Source: Gemmatimonas sp. (GTDB lineage: Bacteria > Gemmatimonadota > Gemmatimonadetes > Gemmatimonadales > Gemmatimonadaceae). Taken from it: a DNA stretch of 64,000 nucleotides. The stretch spans positions 4,608,001 through 4,672,000 of the forward strand of contig OZ257156.1 in assembly GCA_965279375.1 (NCBI GenBank), in the 5' to 3' direction. The notes below the pieces were generated by a model. That model was given only the letters and a program-made list of their open reading frames with translations. It had not been told where the DNA came from and made no database searches. A program made the translations under genes and the position numbers. Of this stretch, positions 8,676-21,608 are shown piece by piece. Each line of letters starts with the position of its first letter. The stretch's first letter is position 1.

Positions 8676-9842
8676 ATGACGCGCATTTTCGACGAAGATC
8701 TGACGGGTGGCATGTCCACTCGCGCCATTCACGCTGGCCAGCGGCCGGACCCGGTGTCCGGCGCCATCATGACCCCGCTGTACCTCACGTCCACCTACGT
8801 GCAGGAAAGCATCGGGGTGAACAAGGGGTACGAATACGCCCGCGGGAAGAATCCCACGCGACAGGCGCTCGAGCGAAACGTGGCCACGCTCGAAGGCGGA
8901 CGACACGGGTTTGCGTTCAGCAGCGGCATGGGCTGCCTCGACTCGATCATGAAGCTCTTCCGCGCCGGCGATCATATCGTCTGCGGCGAGAACGTCTACG
9001 GCGGTACGTACCGCCTGTTCGATCGGATCCTTCGTCATTTCGGCCTGTCGTTTACGTACGTGGACACTGACGATCCGCAACGCGTCGAGGAGGCGATGAC
9101 GCCCGCCACACGCGGTTTGCTTGTGGAGACGCCGACGAACCCGCTCATGCGGCTGACCGACCTGAGCGCCATGAGCGACATCGCCAAGCGGCACCAAGCT
9201 TTGCTGATCGTGGACAACACCTTCGCCTCACCGGTATTCCAGCGCCCCCTGGAATGGGGAGCGGACATCGTGTGGCACTCGAGCACGAAATACCTCAACG
9301 GCCACTCAGATATGATCGGCGGCGTTGCGGTCGTTCTTGAGGACGATCTCGCCGACCGGCTCCAGTTCATCCTGAATGCCGCGGGCGCGGTCCCCGGTCC
9401 GTTTGACGCCTGGCTTGCCCTTCGGGGCACGAAGACGCTTCCCCTGCGCATGCGGCAGCACGATGCCAATGGCCGCGCGATCGCTGCGTTTCTGCTCGAG
9501 CGTCTGGGCGAGGAGCGGGTCTACTACCCGGGGCTCTCGCAGCATCCGCACCATGAATTGGCCAAAAGGCAGATGTCGGGCTTCGGCGGCATGATGACGC
9601 TCGATCTGGGCAGCCTCGATGCAGCGCGTCAGTTCCTCGAAAAGGTGCGTGTCTTCTCGCTGGCTGAATCCCTGGGCGGCGTGGAAAGCCTCACAAACCA
9701 TCCGTTCAGCATGACGCACGGCTCCGTGCCTGCCGACGTGAAGCTGGCGATGGGACTGACGGAGGGGATGGTGCGCCTCTCCTGCGGTGTCGAGGATGTC
9801 GAGGACCTGTTGTCCGATCTCGACCAGGCCCTGCCCGCCTAG
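8676..9842 (+). CDS. Cystathionine gamma-synthase/gamma-lyase family PLP enzyme
   Basis: YARGKNPT, ETPTNP, VDNTFA, HSSTKYLNGHSD (PLP lysine), SLGGVES. ATG 8676 has a GGAG RBS. Confidence 0.93.
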   Translation: MTRIFDEDLTGGMSTRAIHAGQRPDPVSGAIMTPLYLTSTYVQESIGVNKGYEYARGKNPTRQALERNVATLEGGRHGFAFSSGMGCLDSIMKLFRAGDHIVCGENVYGGTYRLFDRILRHFGLSFTYVDTDDPQRVEEAMTPATRGLLVETPTNPLMRLTDLSAMSDIAKRHQALLIVDNTFASPVFQRPLEWGADIVWHSSTKYLNGHSDMIGGVAVVLEDDLADRLQFILNAAGAVPGPFDAWLALRGTKTLPLRMRQHDANGRAIAAFLLERLGEERVYYPGLSQHPHHELAKRQMSGFGGMMTLDLGSLDAARQFLEKVRVFSLAESLGGVESLTNHPFSMTHGSVPADVKLAMGLTEGMVRLSCGVEDVEDLLSDLDQALPA

Positions 9843-9864
9843 CCGCCGGCACCAGAAATCCAGC

Positions 9865-9892
9865 GGAACCTTCGGGGCGACGGCATCGTAGG
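9865..9892 (+). promoter_or_regulatory. Putative ECF sigma promoter GGAACC-N16-CGTAGG
   Basis: Matches the AAC...CGT ECF architecture. A near-identical motif lies at 26818-26845. Confidence 0.55.
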
Positions 9893-9934
9893 GCAACCAG
9901 CCGCCGGTTCGCCCCCGCCTACACGAGTCCGCCC

Positions 9935-10936
9935 ATGACCACTCGCGTCGCCCTTTCCCAGATCTCCTCCGTCAGCTGGGAGCACCCGGCCGACCGCGCC
10001 GCCCTCCAGTCGCTGCGCGCCCTTCCCGGATTCGACGAAGTCGTGCGCCGCATCGCCGGCGCATTCGGCGAGTTCGGCGTGCGGAACCTCTACCTCGGCG
10101 ACGCGGTGCTCGTGGGCGCGACGCAACGCCCCAAGCTGTTCGCGCTGTATCAGGAGGTGCTGCAGACGCTCGACTGGCCTGACGCCGGTCAGGAGCCGCC
10201 GCAGCTCTACGTGACGCAGACCCCGATCGCCAACGCGGGCGCCGTGGGCTTCGAGCGGCCGTTCATCGTACTCAGCTCGGGGATGCTCGAGTTGCTGACG
10301 GAAGAGGGGCAGCGCATGGTGATCGCCCATGAGCTGGGCCACATCATGACGGGACACACCACCTATCGGACGATCGCGCAGATCGTGCTGTTCTTCGGGA
10401 TGAGTGCCCTTCCAGTGCTGGCGAGCATCGCTCTGCTTCCCTTCCAGCTGGCCCTCCTCGAGTGGTATCGCAAGGCGGAGCTGTCGGCGGATCGCGCAGG
10501 ATTGCTGGGCTCGCAGGACCCGCGCGAGAGCATGATGACCTTCCTCATGCTAGCCGGCGGACGCCCCGTCGATGATTCGCTGGACCTCGATGCGTACCTC
10601 GCTCAGGCGCAGGAATACGAGACGGGCGGCAACACGTGGGAGAACGTGCTCAAGATGCTCAACACCGCGCTGCGCGAGCATCCGTTTCACACGGTGCGCG
10701 TGGGTGAACTGCAGCGCTGGGCGCAGTCCGGCGAGTATCAGGCCATCCTCGATGGCACGTACATCCGCCGTGGCTCGGAAGCCGAGCGACCGTTGCGCGA
10801 CGATCTGCGCGACGCGACCGACTACTACGCCGATCAGGCCAAGGCCGCCGCGCAGTCCGTGGGTGACGCGCTGGGGCGCGCCGCCGACGCCTTCCGGGAT
10901 GCCTTCCGTACCGCCTCGAGTGGCGTGGGCGAGTAA
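9935..10936 (+). CDS. M48 family zinc metallopeptidase
   Basis: HPADRAAL, ANAGAVG, AHELGH, AELSADRAG, HP motif. Confidence 0.9.
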   Translation: MTTRVALSQISSVSWEHPADRAALQSLRALPGFDEVVRRIAGAFGEFGVRNLYLGDAVLVGATQRPKLFALYQEVLQTLDWPDAGQEPPQLYVTQTPIANAGAVGFERPFIVLSSGMLELLTEEGQRMVIAHELGHIMTGHTTYRTIAQIVLFFGMSALPVLASIALLPFQLALLEWYRKAELSADRAGLLGSQDPRESMMTFLMLAGGRPVDDSLDLDAYLAQAQEYETGGNTWENVLKMLNTALREHPFHTVRVGELQRWAQSGEYQAILDGTYIRRGSEAERPLRDDLRDATDYYADQAKAAAQSVGDALGRAADAFRDAFRTASSGVGE

Positions 10937-10960
10937 GTCGATTCTCCGGCGAGTGGCGGT

Positions 10961-10984
10961 CGCCGCCGTGTAACCACGGCGGCG
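10961..10984 (+). terminator. GC-rich hairpin between the M48 gene and purD
   Basis: Perfect 10-bp stem CGCCGCCGTG-taac-CACGGCGGCG with a weak U tract. Confidence 0.4.
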
Positions 10985-11005
10985 CGCGTATTACCTTCCG
11001 CGCCT

Positions 11006-12367
11006 ATGAAGATCCTTCTCGTAGGCAGCGGAGGGCGGGAACACGCCCTCGCCGACGCGCTCTCCCGCGAAAACACCACCGTCGAGCTGCTGGCGGCGCC
11101 GGGCAATCCGGGCATCGCCGACCTCGCGCGCATCCTGCCGATCAAGCCCACCGAGCTCGAGGCCATCGCCGAAACCGCGATCGCCGAACAGGTGAATCTC
11201 GTGGTGGTCGGGCCGGAAGCTCCGCTCGCCGACGGCTTGGTCGACCTGCTACAGCACCGCGGTGTGCCCGTGTTCGGGCCGACGATGGGCGCGGCCAAGG
11301 TCGAGACGTCCAAGGCCGACACGAAGGCGCTCATGCTTGCCGCCGGCATCCCCACGGCGCATGCGGAGACGCATCGCCACCCGTCCACCGCCAAGGAAGC
11401 GGTGCGCACGCGCTTTGGCGCACCCGTGGTCATCAAGGCCAGTGGATTGGCCGCGGGCAAAGGCGTAATCGTGTGCATGACGATCGCCGAAGCCGATCTG
11501 GCGATCGATCGCATTCTCGACGAGCGTGCGTTTGGTGAAGCGGGCGCCGAGTGTCTGGTGGAATCGTTCATGACCGGCGAGGAGCTGTCGCTCTTTGCGA
11601 TCACCGACGGGCACAGCGTACTGCCGATGATCGGCGCGCAGGATCACAAGCGGTTGCTCGACGGCGACGAAGGTCCGAACACGGGCGGTATGGGCGCGTA
11701 CGCGCCGGTGTCGCTGTGCACGCCCTCGCTCGTGGACGATGTGACTGAGCGGGTGTTCCTCCCCACGCTGCACGCGCTCCGTAAGCGCGGTACGCCGTTC
11801 ACTGGCCTGCTGTACGCGGGGCTGATGCTCACGCCGGAAGGCCCCAAGGTAGTGGAGTTCAACTGCCGCTTTGGCGACCCGGAAACGCAGGCCATTCTGC
11901 CGCTGCTCGACAGCAGTCTGCTCGAGCCGATGCTCGCGGTCGCGCGCGGCGCGCGCATCAACAACATGTCGCCTTTGCGCTGGCGTAACGCGGCGGCGGT
12001 GACCACCGTCGTTGCAGCGCCTGGTTACCCGGACACGCCGGAATCCGGTGCGCGCATCGATCTGCCGTCGTTCAGCGACGACATCCGCGTGTATCACGCT
12101 GGCACCAAGCGCGCCTCGGATGGGGCGCTGCTCACCGCCGGTGGGCGCGTACTCGGCGTGACGGCCGTCGCCCCCGATTTCGACTCAGCACGAACCAAGA
12201 GCCGCGAGGCCGCGCAGCGCGTTCAGTTTGACGGCGCGCAGGCACGCCTCGACATCGGTTGGCGAGAAGCGGCGCGTCTCGCGGCCGCGCGTGAGATCGC
12301 TCGTGACGCGGCGCATGAAATCGCGCAGCAGCTCGCCTCGGCGAGTGACGATGCCCGAACTGCCTGA
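11006..12367 (+). CDS. purD: Phosphoribosylamine--glycine ligase
   Basis: GSGGREHAL, VVGPEAPL, GLAAGKGV, QDHKR, GPNTGGMG, EFNCRFGDPE. Confidence 0.97.
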   Translation: MKILLVGSGGREHALADALSRENTTVELLAAPGNPGIADLARILPIKPTELEAIAETAIAEQVNLVVVGPEAPLADGLVDLLQHRGVPVFGPTMGAAKVETSKADTKALMLAAGIPTAHAETHRHPSTAKEAVRTRFGAPVVIKASGLAAGKGVIVCMTIAEADLAIDRILDERAFGEAGAECLVESFMTGEELSLFAITDGHSVLPMIGAQDHKRLLDGDEGPNTGGMGAYAPVSLCTPSLVDDVTERVFLPTLHALRKRGTPFTGLLYAGLMLTPEGPKVVEFNCRFGDPETQAILPLLDSSLLEPMLAVARGARINNMSPLRWRNAAAVTTVVAAPGYPDTPESGARIDLPSFSDDIRVYHAGTKRASDGALLTAGGRVLGVTAVAPDFDSARTKSREAAQRVQFDGAQARLDIGWREAARLAAAREIARDAAHEIAQQLASASDDARTA

Positions 12368-13223
12368 GACGGAAACGATCGCCCGCGATCTCGACGCCAG
12401 TGTCCGCGGCGCGACGATAAAGGCGGTATCGATCGCAAAGGCCGATGTGCTACGCGAAGCGACGACCGAAGACTTCTCCGCTGCGCTGGTAGGAACACAG
12501 ATCGTTCGTGTCTGGCGGCGGGCGAAGCTCGTCGTCATCGACTGCGCGACTCCGACCGGCGACGGCGCGCGCGGCAACGAAGCGGACGCATGTGCCACGT
12601 GGCACATCGTTGTGCAGCCGCGCTTCACGGGCGGGTTGCTGATCGACACCGGTGCGACGCCCGCGGCCGAACTCGCCTACGTGGCGGTGACGCTCTCGCT
12701 CGACGATGGCCGCCGGCTGCACTACCGCGACGTGCGACGTTTGGGCACGGTCGCACTGATGTCTCCCTTGAGATTCGCCGAGTACAGCGGCGCACTCGGC
12801 TACGAGCCTCTTGACCCGACGCTGAGCACCGCCGTATTTTCGGGTCTTGTTCGGGCATCGAGGCGGCCGATCAAAGTGGTGCTGATGGACCAGCGCCGAT
12901 TGGCCGGGGTGGGCAACATCTACGCGAACGAGGCACTGTGGCGAGCGGGCATCGATCCATCGCGCGAGGGCAGTACGCTGTCGCAGGCCGAATCCGGAGC
13001 GTTGTTGACGGCGCTCCGCGACGTGCTGCAGGCATCGATCGTGGCGCGAGGCACGAGCTTTCGTGATTATCGCGACGCACGAGGGGAGCGCGGCGGATTT
13101 GTCGCCCAGCTTGCCGCCTATGGCCGCGGCGGTGCGCCCTGCCTGGCGTGCGGCCGACGACTCGTCGCCACGCACGCCATCGACGGTCGTGGCACCGTCT
13201 TCTGCCCGAGCTGCCAGCGCTAG
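12351..13223 (+). CDS. mutM: Formamidopyrimidine-DNA glycosylase
   Basis: N-terminal MPELPE, GVGNIYANE H2TH motif, C-terminal zinc finger CLAC..FCPSCQ. Confidence 0.95.
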   Translation: MPELPETETIARDLDASVRGATIKAVSIAKADVLREATTEDFSAALVGTQIVRVWRRAKLVVIDCATPTGDGARGNEADACATWHIVVQPRFTGGLLIDTGATPAAELAYVAVTLSLDDGRRLHYRDVRRLGTVALMSPLRFAEYSGALGYEPLDPTLSTAVFSGLVRASRRPIKVVLMDQRRLAGVGNIYANEALWRAGIDPSREGSTLSQAESGALLTALRDVLQASIVARGTSFRDYRDARGERGGFVAQLAAYGRGGAPCLACGRRLVATHAIDGRGTVFCPSCQR

Positions 13224-14508
13224 GGCCAAAGCGAAGTCGCGCGCGAGTGCACGCGCGCTGGCGGGAGCAACGCAACTCGATCTCGCCGTTGGATCGGCCG
13301 ACGCCGATGTCGCATTACTGCGGGCGCATGTGCGAGCGGGCGCGCGCAACACCTCCGGCGTGTATCTCATGCGCGGCGCGCACGGCGAAGTGCTCTACGT
13401 CGGCAAGAGCACGCAGATCCGTACCCGCCTGCTCTCGTACTTCCGGTTGCCGTGGCCCGAGCATCGGCACGCGCGCATGCTGCGCGAAACGGCGTCGATC
13501 GAGTGGGAAGAGACGCCCAGCGAATTCGCGGCGCTCCTGCGCGAAGTGCGACTGATTCGCGCGCACCTGCCGCGATACAACATCCGGTCGGCCCGCCCGC
13601 TCGATAAGTGGTGGGTCATCACGATCGGCGAGGGCCCTGCTCCACGGCTGCGTGTTCAGCGAGCGAGCGCCGCGATGCGCACCGCTGGGCGTGGCGCCGT
13701 GGTGGGTCCGTTCGCCAATCGCCGACCGCTGGTGGATGCACTGCGCGTGCTCAACGACGCGCTGGGGCTGCGTGACTGCACGGAGCGCGTGCCAATGGTG
13801 CTGAGGGATACCGGCGATCTGTTCGATGTGGCTGCGTTTCCCAGTCTCGCGCGCACACCGGGGTGTCATCGCTACGAAACCAAGCGGTGCATGGGGCCCT
13901 GCGTCGGCGCCTGCGGCGAGTACGAGTACCGCGCGCAGCTGACGCGCGCGCGGGCCGTGCTCGAAGGACGCGACGACTCCCCACAGCAGCAGTTGGTGCG
14001 CGAGATGAGTGTAGCCAGCGCGGCGCTTTCGTACGAACGCGCTGGCTGGCTGCGCGACCGGCTCACAGCGCTGCAGGAATTGGAAGCGCAGCTCGCACGG
14101 GTGCGCGAGGCGATCACGCGTCCGAGCTTTGTGTACGCCGTGCCCGGACGCACCGGCGACGACCGGCTCTATCTCATCCGCCAGGGGCGTGTGGTCGCCG
14201 AAGCGCGCTGCGACGACATCGCGTCGGTCGACGCCCTGCAGGAGCGCGCACGCGGGCGCGATGGCGAATCGCACGCCGCACCCGCCGACCAACTCGATGA
14301 GCTACTGATGATCGAGCAGTGGTTCCGCACGCGCCCCGGCGAGCTGGCACTCACCGGTCCGACCGTGGTCGCGGCACTGGAGCAGCTTGCAGCCGACGCG
14401 GTGCGCTCGGCCGCCTCGCTCACGCCAGCGATGCCCACATCCACTGCGCACACGTCAACCACCCTGCCGTCGGCCACGTCCGACGGCCCGCTAAGTCAGC
14501 CGATGTAA
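13189..14508 (+). CDS. UvrC N-terminal-like (Cho-type) GIY-YIG endonuclease with UVR coiled-coil
   Basis: GVYLM..LYVGKS, Cys cluster CHRYETKRCMGPC, UVR motif MSVASAALSYERAGWLRD. No C-terminal RNase H or HhH part. Start uncertain (GTG 13189). Confidence 0.85.
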   Translation: MAPSSARAASARAKAKSRASARALAGATQLDLAVGSADADVALLRAHVRAGARNTSGVYLMRGAHGEVLYVGKSTQIRTRLLSYFRLPWPEHRHARMLRETASIEWEETPSEFAALLREVRLIRAHLPRYNIRSARPLDKWWVITIGEGPAPRLRVQRASAAMRTAGRGAVVGPFANRRPLVDALRVLNDALGLRDCTERVPMVLRDTGDLFDVAAFPSLARTPGCHRYETKRCMGPCVGACGEYEYRAQLTRARAVLEGRDDSPQQQLVREMSVASAALSYERAGWLRDRLTALQELEAQLARVREAITRPSFVYAVPGRTGDDRLYLIRQGRVVAEARCDDIASVDALQERARGRDGESHAAPADQLDELLMIEQWFRTRPGELALTGPTVVAALEQLAADAVRSAASLTPAMPTSTAHTSTTLPSATSDGPLSQPM

Positions 14509-14717
14509 CAGTGCGTGAGCCACGCGTCGCGATTTGTACGCGTAGCTCTGTGATGCGCCGCTCCGCTGCCTCCGTCCGCGCGACACCTCGCGCCGTCCTC
14601 CCTCGGCCTGCGGGTCGGGTACTGTCCCCGCCTGCGCGCGGGCGCATATTTCCCATCGCTCCGACAGACGACCGTCATCAACCGCGCGCGCCCCTCTCGC
14701 TTCCGCATCCGACCGGC

Positions 14718-15269
14718 ATGTCATCGAAAGACTCGCCACCGGAAGACACCCCGACGCCGGGACGCTCAGGGTCGCTCGAGGCGCTGTTGGATGAGGTGTA
14801 CCCGCAGCTCCGCGCACTCGCTGGATATCTCATGCGCGGTGAGCGCGGCGAGCACACGCTGCAGCCCACTGCGCTCGTACACGAGGCGCTGCTCCGTCTG
14901 CTCGATCAGGACGGCGTCGAATACGAAAACCCGAGACATCTCATCGCGCAGGCGGCCGCAGCGATGCGCCGCACGCTCGTCGATCATGCGCGCCGACGGC
15001 GCGCGACCAAACGCAACGGCGGTGTACGTGTGCCGATGCCCGACGACGTCGCCGCTCCCGACTCCCGCGACCTCGACCTGTTGGCGGTTGACGAAGCGCT
15101 GCAGCGACTCGCGGCACTCGACGCGCGACAGGCACGCATCGTGGAGCTGCGATACTTCGCTGGCTTGGATATCGCCGAAACGGCGGCGGCACTGGACATC
15201 TCTCCTGCGACGGTAAAGCGCGACTGGGTCATGGCGAAGGCCTGGCTGCAGCGCGAGATCGGGCCCTGA
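14718..15269 (+). CDS. ECF sigma factor of the kinase-associated (TIGR02999-like) type
   Basis: VYPQLRALA, HTLQPTALVHEA, MRRTLVDHAR..KRNGG, VELRYFAG, TVKRDW. Confidence 0.92.
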   Translation: MSSKDSPPEDTPTPGRSGSLEALLDEVYPQLRALAGYLMRGERGEHTLQPTALVHEALLRLLDQDGVEYENPRHLIAQAAAAMRRTLVDHARRRRATKRNGGVRVPMPDDVAAPDSRDLDLLAVDEALQRLAALDARQARIVELRYFAGLDIAETAAALDISPATVKRDWVMAKAWLQREIGP

Positions 15270-15270
15270 C

Positions 15271-17799
<2,529 letters not shown>

Positions 17800-17817
<18 letters not shown>

Positions 17818-18735
17818 CTGCTGCGCCGCACGCAAGACGGCAGCCGATGCATTCAATGCCGCGCGCTCTGCGGCAGACATCTCGGGCAGCACCACCAGCG
17901 ACGCACCGTCCGCACCGACCACTGCGGGCAGCGACAATGCCACATCACGAAATCCGTCGATTTCCGTCTGCACGCGTGACACCGTGAGCACCGTGCGTTC
18001 GTCGCGCAGGATGCACCGCAGCAATTGCGCAGTCACCAGACCGATCGCGTGGTTGCTCGTCCCCTTGCGCTTCACGATCTCGTAGCCGGCATTGCGCACG
18101 GCGTCTGCAAGGCGCTGTTCGTCCGCGGGCGCCCATCGCGGCCAATCACTGAGTGGCGTGCCGCCAACGTGCGCGGACGACCAGAGCACCACCTCCGAAT
18201 CGCCGTGCTCTCCCACCACCTGCGCGTGCACGGAGCGCGGATCGAGGTCGAGCTGCTCGCCGACCATCTGACGAAGCCGCGCAGTATCGAGCATCGTCCC
18301 GGTGCCGATCACGCGTTGCGGAGCGATGCCGGCCGCCTCGACCAATGCGTAGGTCAGGACATCGACTGGGTTGGAGACCATGACCACAATGCCTGCGTAA
18401 CCGCGAAGCTGCGCTCCGATGCCCCGCACGATGGCCACGTTCTTGGCGAGCTGTTCGAGGCGACTCTTGCCGCCCGGCAACGAACCGTTTCCCACCGCGA
18501 CAACGATGGCACTCGTGTCTCGCATGTCTGCGATGGATCCAACGCGCACCGACGCCGGCGGATAAAAGGTCCCGCCCTGTGCAAGATCCATCGCCTCGCC
18601 TTCAGCGACTTCCGTTCGCAAATCGCTCAGGAGCAACTCCTCGGCGACACCGGCGTGCAGCAGCGAGATCGCAACGCTGGAGCCTACCCAGCCCATGCCG
18701 ATGATGCCCACGCGCTTCTGCGTACTGCCCTGCAT
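17800..18735 (-). CDS. ldh: L-lactate/malate dehydrogenase family protein
   Basis: GMGWVG Rossmann motif, SNPVD, LDTAR, GEHGDS. Confidence 0.8.
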
Positions 18736-18776
18736 GCCCCGCTCCGTGAGGAAAGACTGCGTCGTAGTGCCCTCCG

Positions 18777-21608
18777 CTACTTGATCGCGCCCGCGGCGCC
18801 CGCGCGACGGGGATCCGCACCAGCGGTTACCGTCTTGCCCTGCATCGTGATCGCCGCCCCGTACCCTTCACGCACCTCGCCGCGCATCGACACGAAGCTG
18901 AGTTCGTAGCCAAGTGCACGCAGCCGTTTGACGACGTCAGGCGAAAAGCCGTCTTCGAGCTGAATCGTGTACGGCGGCGAGGCGGCCACAGTCCCGCGTC
19001 CCGCCACGGGACCACCGCCGCCACCCGGCAAGAAGCGTGGCAGCTCCAGCGCACGCTGTGCATCGAGTCCATAGTCGAGCGCACCCAGCGTGGCCTGATA
19101 CACCGCCGACGTGATCCACGCGTTGCCCGCCGCGCCCACGGCCAACACTGGCGCACTCCCCTTGAAGACGATCGTCGGTGCAAGAGTGCTGCCATGTCGC
19201 GCGAACGGGAGCCGCGAGCCGTACTGCGTCGGGTCGGTACCGTACGACGTCAGTTTGTCGTTGCTGAGAAAACCGAGCCCGGGCGTCACGTAGAAATTAC
19301 CGCCCCATGTGCCGAGGGTCTGCGTGACGGCGACGGCGTTCCCATCGTTGTCTGCGACGGTGAACGCGGTCGTGCCGGCAGCATGGCAGACGTCCATCTC
19401 GAGCGCATGGTTCTCACCGCACGGAGACTCTTCACGCGCGCTTCCGTTGTCGGCAGGCTTCGCGAGCGCCTTGAGGCACGCCAGCGTATCTCCGCGCACA
19501 TCGGCGGGCCGCAGTGCCTTGTCGGCGTTGTAGCATCCCCAGCGCACCTTGGCCGTGTCCTTGTTGACGATCGGCGCGTAGTCCACGGGCCACATGGCCG
19601 GATCGGCGATGCGATTGCGCGACGACGGCACGAGGAACCACGCCGTGAGCGCGGCATGCAACGTGGCTGCGTCGTCCGTGTACTGCTTGGGATTGGGGAA
19701 CTGCTCGAGCAGGTTGAGTCTCGCGACCAGCTCGGCGCCACCGCTCACCGGCGGCGCACTCGAGTAGATGGTGTAGCCGCGATACGTACCGCTCACGACA
19801 TCGCGCTCAGGTGCGAAGTAGCGCGCCAGATCGCTCAGCTTCATGGCGTTGCCCTTGGCGTGCAGGTCGTCCACCCACTTCTTCGCCACTTCGCCCTTGT
19901 AGAAGCCGTCGGCGCCGTTGGCGGCGATGCGATCGAGCACCCACGCGAGGTCCGGATTCTTGAGCGTGTCGCCAGCGAGCAGCGGCTTCCCGTCGCGGAA
20001 GAACAGCGCGCGCGATCCCTCGTACTTGGCGAAATGCTCGCGCTCCGTGGCGAGCGTCGTGGCCAATCCTTCGCTCACGACGTATCCACCGCGCGCCGCA
20101 CGAATGGCCGGCGCAAGCAAGTCCTTCCACGCGACCTTACCGCTGCCGTACTTCTGCCACGCCGTGTGCATGCCCGCGACCGTGCCGGGCACGTTCACCA
20201 GCACCGGTCCGTCCGACGGATATCTACCGTTCTGCAACAGTGATGTATTGGAGAGCCCTCCATCCTCTGGCACGCGGCTCATGAACTCGATGACCGTCGG
20301 GCGCTTCATGCTCTTGAGGGTGATGACCATCTCGCCGTAGCCCGCAATTCCGCTCGCATCTGGCTCCACCACGCCGAGTGCGAAGCTGACGGCCACCGCC
20401 GCATCGACCACGTTGCCACCGGCACGCATGATCTCGAGGCCGGCTTCGGTGGACACGGGATGCGCGCTCGAGACCCCGGCGCGACCGACGGCGGAATTGC
20501 GCAGCGTGGGCCGATCGTGCAGCATCGCACCGATGGCGCGCTGCAGTTCGTCGTCGTTTCGCGCAGCCAGCGCGGCCGGACGATGCTTCGCCTTGACGGC
20601 CTCCCACTGCGTCCTGCGTGCCGTCGCATCAGGCTGCGAGAAGTACAGCGCCGTGGATCGATCCCACACCCGATCGAATGCGTCGGCGTTGCGCGACGCG
20701 CGATCAACCGGCGTGGCGACTGTTGGCGCAGCGGAGACGACATCGGGCGCGATCGGCGCAGCCACCATCACCAGCGCGTCCGTACCATCGAATCGCTCGG
20801 TGTTGGTGCGATCCCCCAGTCGATCCGGATCGCCGTTGTACCCCACCGACACTTCCTCGTACTCAGCGATGGCCAACGTGTTGGCCGTCGGTGACCAGGC
20901 AATGTCACCGCGATGCGAAGACGCGAAGCTGCTCCACCGTCCGTCGGTCGGCACCACCCACACGCCCGTGCGGGTAGAGAGCGCGAGACGGTTGTCCGCC
21001 GACCAGGCGAGACGCTCGGCGTTCTTGTCGCTGTTGGCCGTCTGCTCATCGCCACTGGCCACGGTGCGCACGATCACGCGACGCCCCGATTCGCTCGATA
21101 CGATGTACGCCAATCGCGCACCGTCGGCGGAGAATCGCGGCGACGACTCCGTCTGCTCACGCGTGTTCAGCCGCGACTCGGTGCCATCGACAGCGCGGAG
21201 CCAAATGCGCGTCGCGTTGCCGCTCCCGCGCACGAATGCGATGCGTCCATCGCGCGCCACGCTCGGCGATGTCTCGGTGAAGCGCGTTTCCGCCACCCGC
21301 TCGGGCGTGCCCGCAGTGCCATCAGCGGCCACCGTCACCTGCCACAGATCGAATCCGCCACTACGATCAGAGGCAAAGACGATGCGACTGCCGTCTGCGC
21401 TCCATGCCGGATCGCGATCCCACGCCTTGCCCGTGGTGATGCGGCGCAGCGAACCGCTGTCGCTCGTGCGCACGTACAGGTCGCCCTCGATCGCCAGCGC
21501 CAGTGCGCCCTTGGCAGAGTAGGCCGGTGCGCGCACGCCGCGCAGTGGCGGCGTCTCACCGCTCACAGCCGACTGCAGCAACAGCGCAACGAGAACGGGA
21601 ACGCTCAT
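18777..21608 (-). CDS. Secreted gamma-glutamyltransferase with N-terminal TolB/PD40 propeller repeats
   Basis: Signal-like N-terminus. PAWSADG and PRFSADG repeats. GGT motifs GGNVVDAA, VEPDASG, VPGTVAG, GTTAFTVAD, GADPRR. Confidence 0.85.
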   Translation of the reverse strand: MSVPVLVALLLQSAVSGETPPLRGVRAPAYSAKGALALAIEGDLYVRTSDSGSLRRITTGKAWDRDPAWSADGSRIVFASDRSGGFDLWQVTVAADGTAGTPERVAETRFTETSPSVARDGRIAFVRGSGNATRIWLRAVDGTESRLNTREQTESSPRFSADGARLAYIVSSESGRRVIVRTVASGDEQTANSDKNAERLAWSADNRLALSTRTGVWVVPTDGRWSSFASSHRGDIAWSPTANTLAIAEYEEVSVGYNGDPDRLGDRTNTERFDGTDALVMVAAPIAPDVVSAAPTVATPVDRASRNADAFDRVWDRSTALYFSQPDATARRTQWEAVKAKHRPAALAARNDDELQRAIGAMLHDRPTLRNSAVGRAGVSSAHPVSTEAGLEIMRAGGNVVDAAVAVSFALGVVEPDASGIAGYGEMVITLKSMKRPTVIEFMSRVPEDGGLSNTSLLQNGRYPSDGPVLVNVPGTVAGMHTAWQKYGSGKVAWKDLLAPAIRAARGGYVVSEGLATTLATEREHFAKYEGSRALFFRDGKPLLAGDTLKNPDLAWVLDRIAANGADGFYKGEVAKKWVDDLHAKGNAMKLSDLARYFAPERDVVSGTYRGYTIYSSAPPVSGGAELVARLNLLEQFPNPKQYTDDAATLHAALTAWFLVPSSRNRIADPAMWPVDYAPIVNKDTAKVRWGCYNADKALRPADVRGDTLACLKALAKPADNGSAREESPCGENHALEMDVCHAAGTTAFTVADNDGNAVAVTQTLGTWGGNFYVTPGLGFLSNDKLTSYGTDPTQYGSRLPFARHGSTLAPTIVFKGSAPVLAVGAAGNAWITSAVYQATLGALDYGLDAQRALELPRFLPGGGGGPVAGRGTVAASPPYTIQLEDGFSPDVVKRLRALGYELSFVSMRGEVREGYGAAITMQGKTVTAGADPRRAGAAGAIK

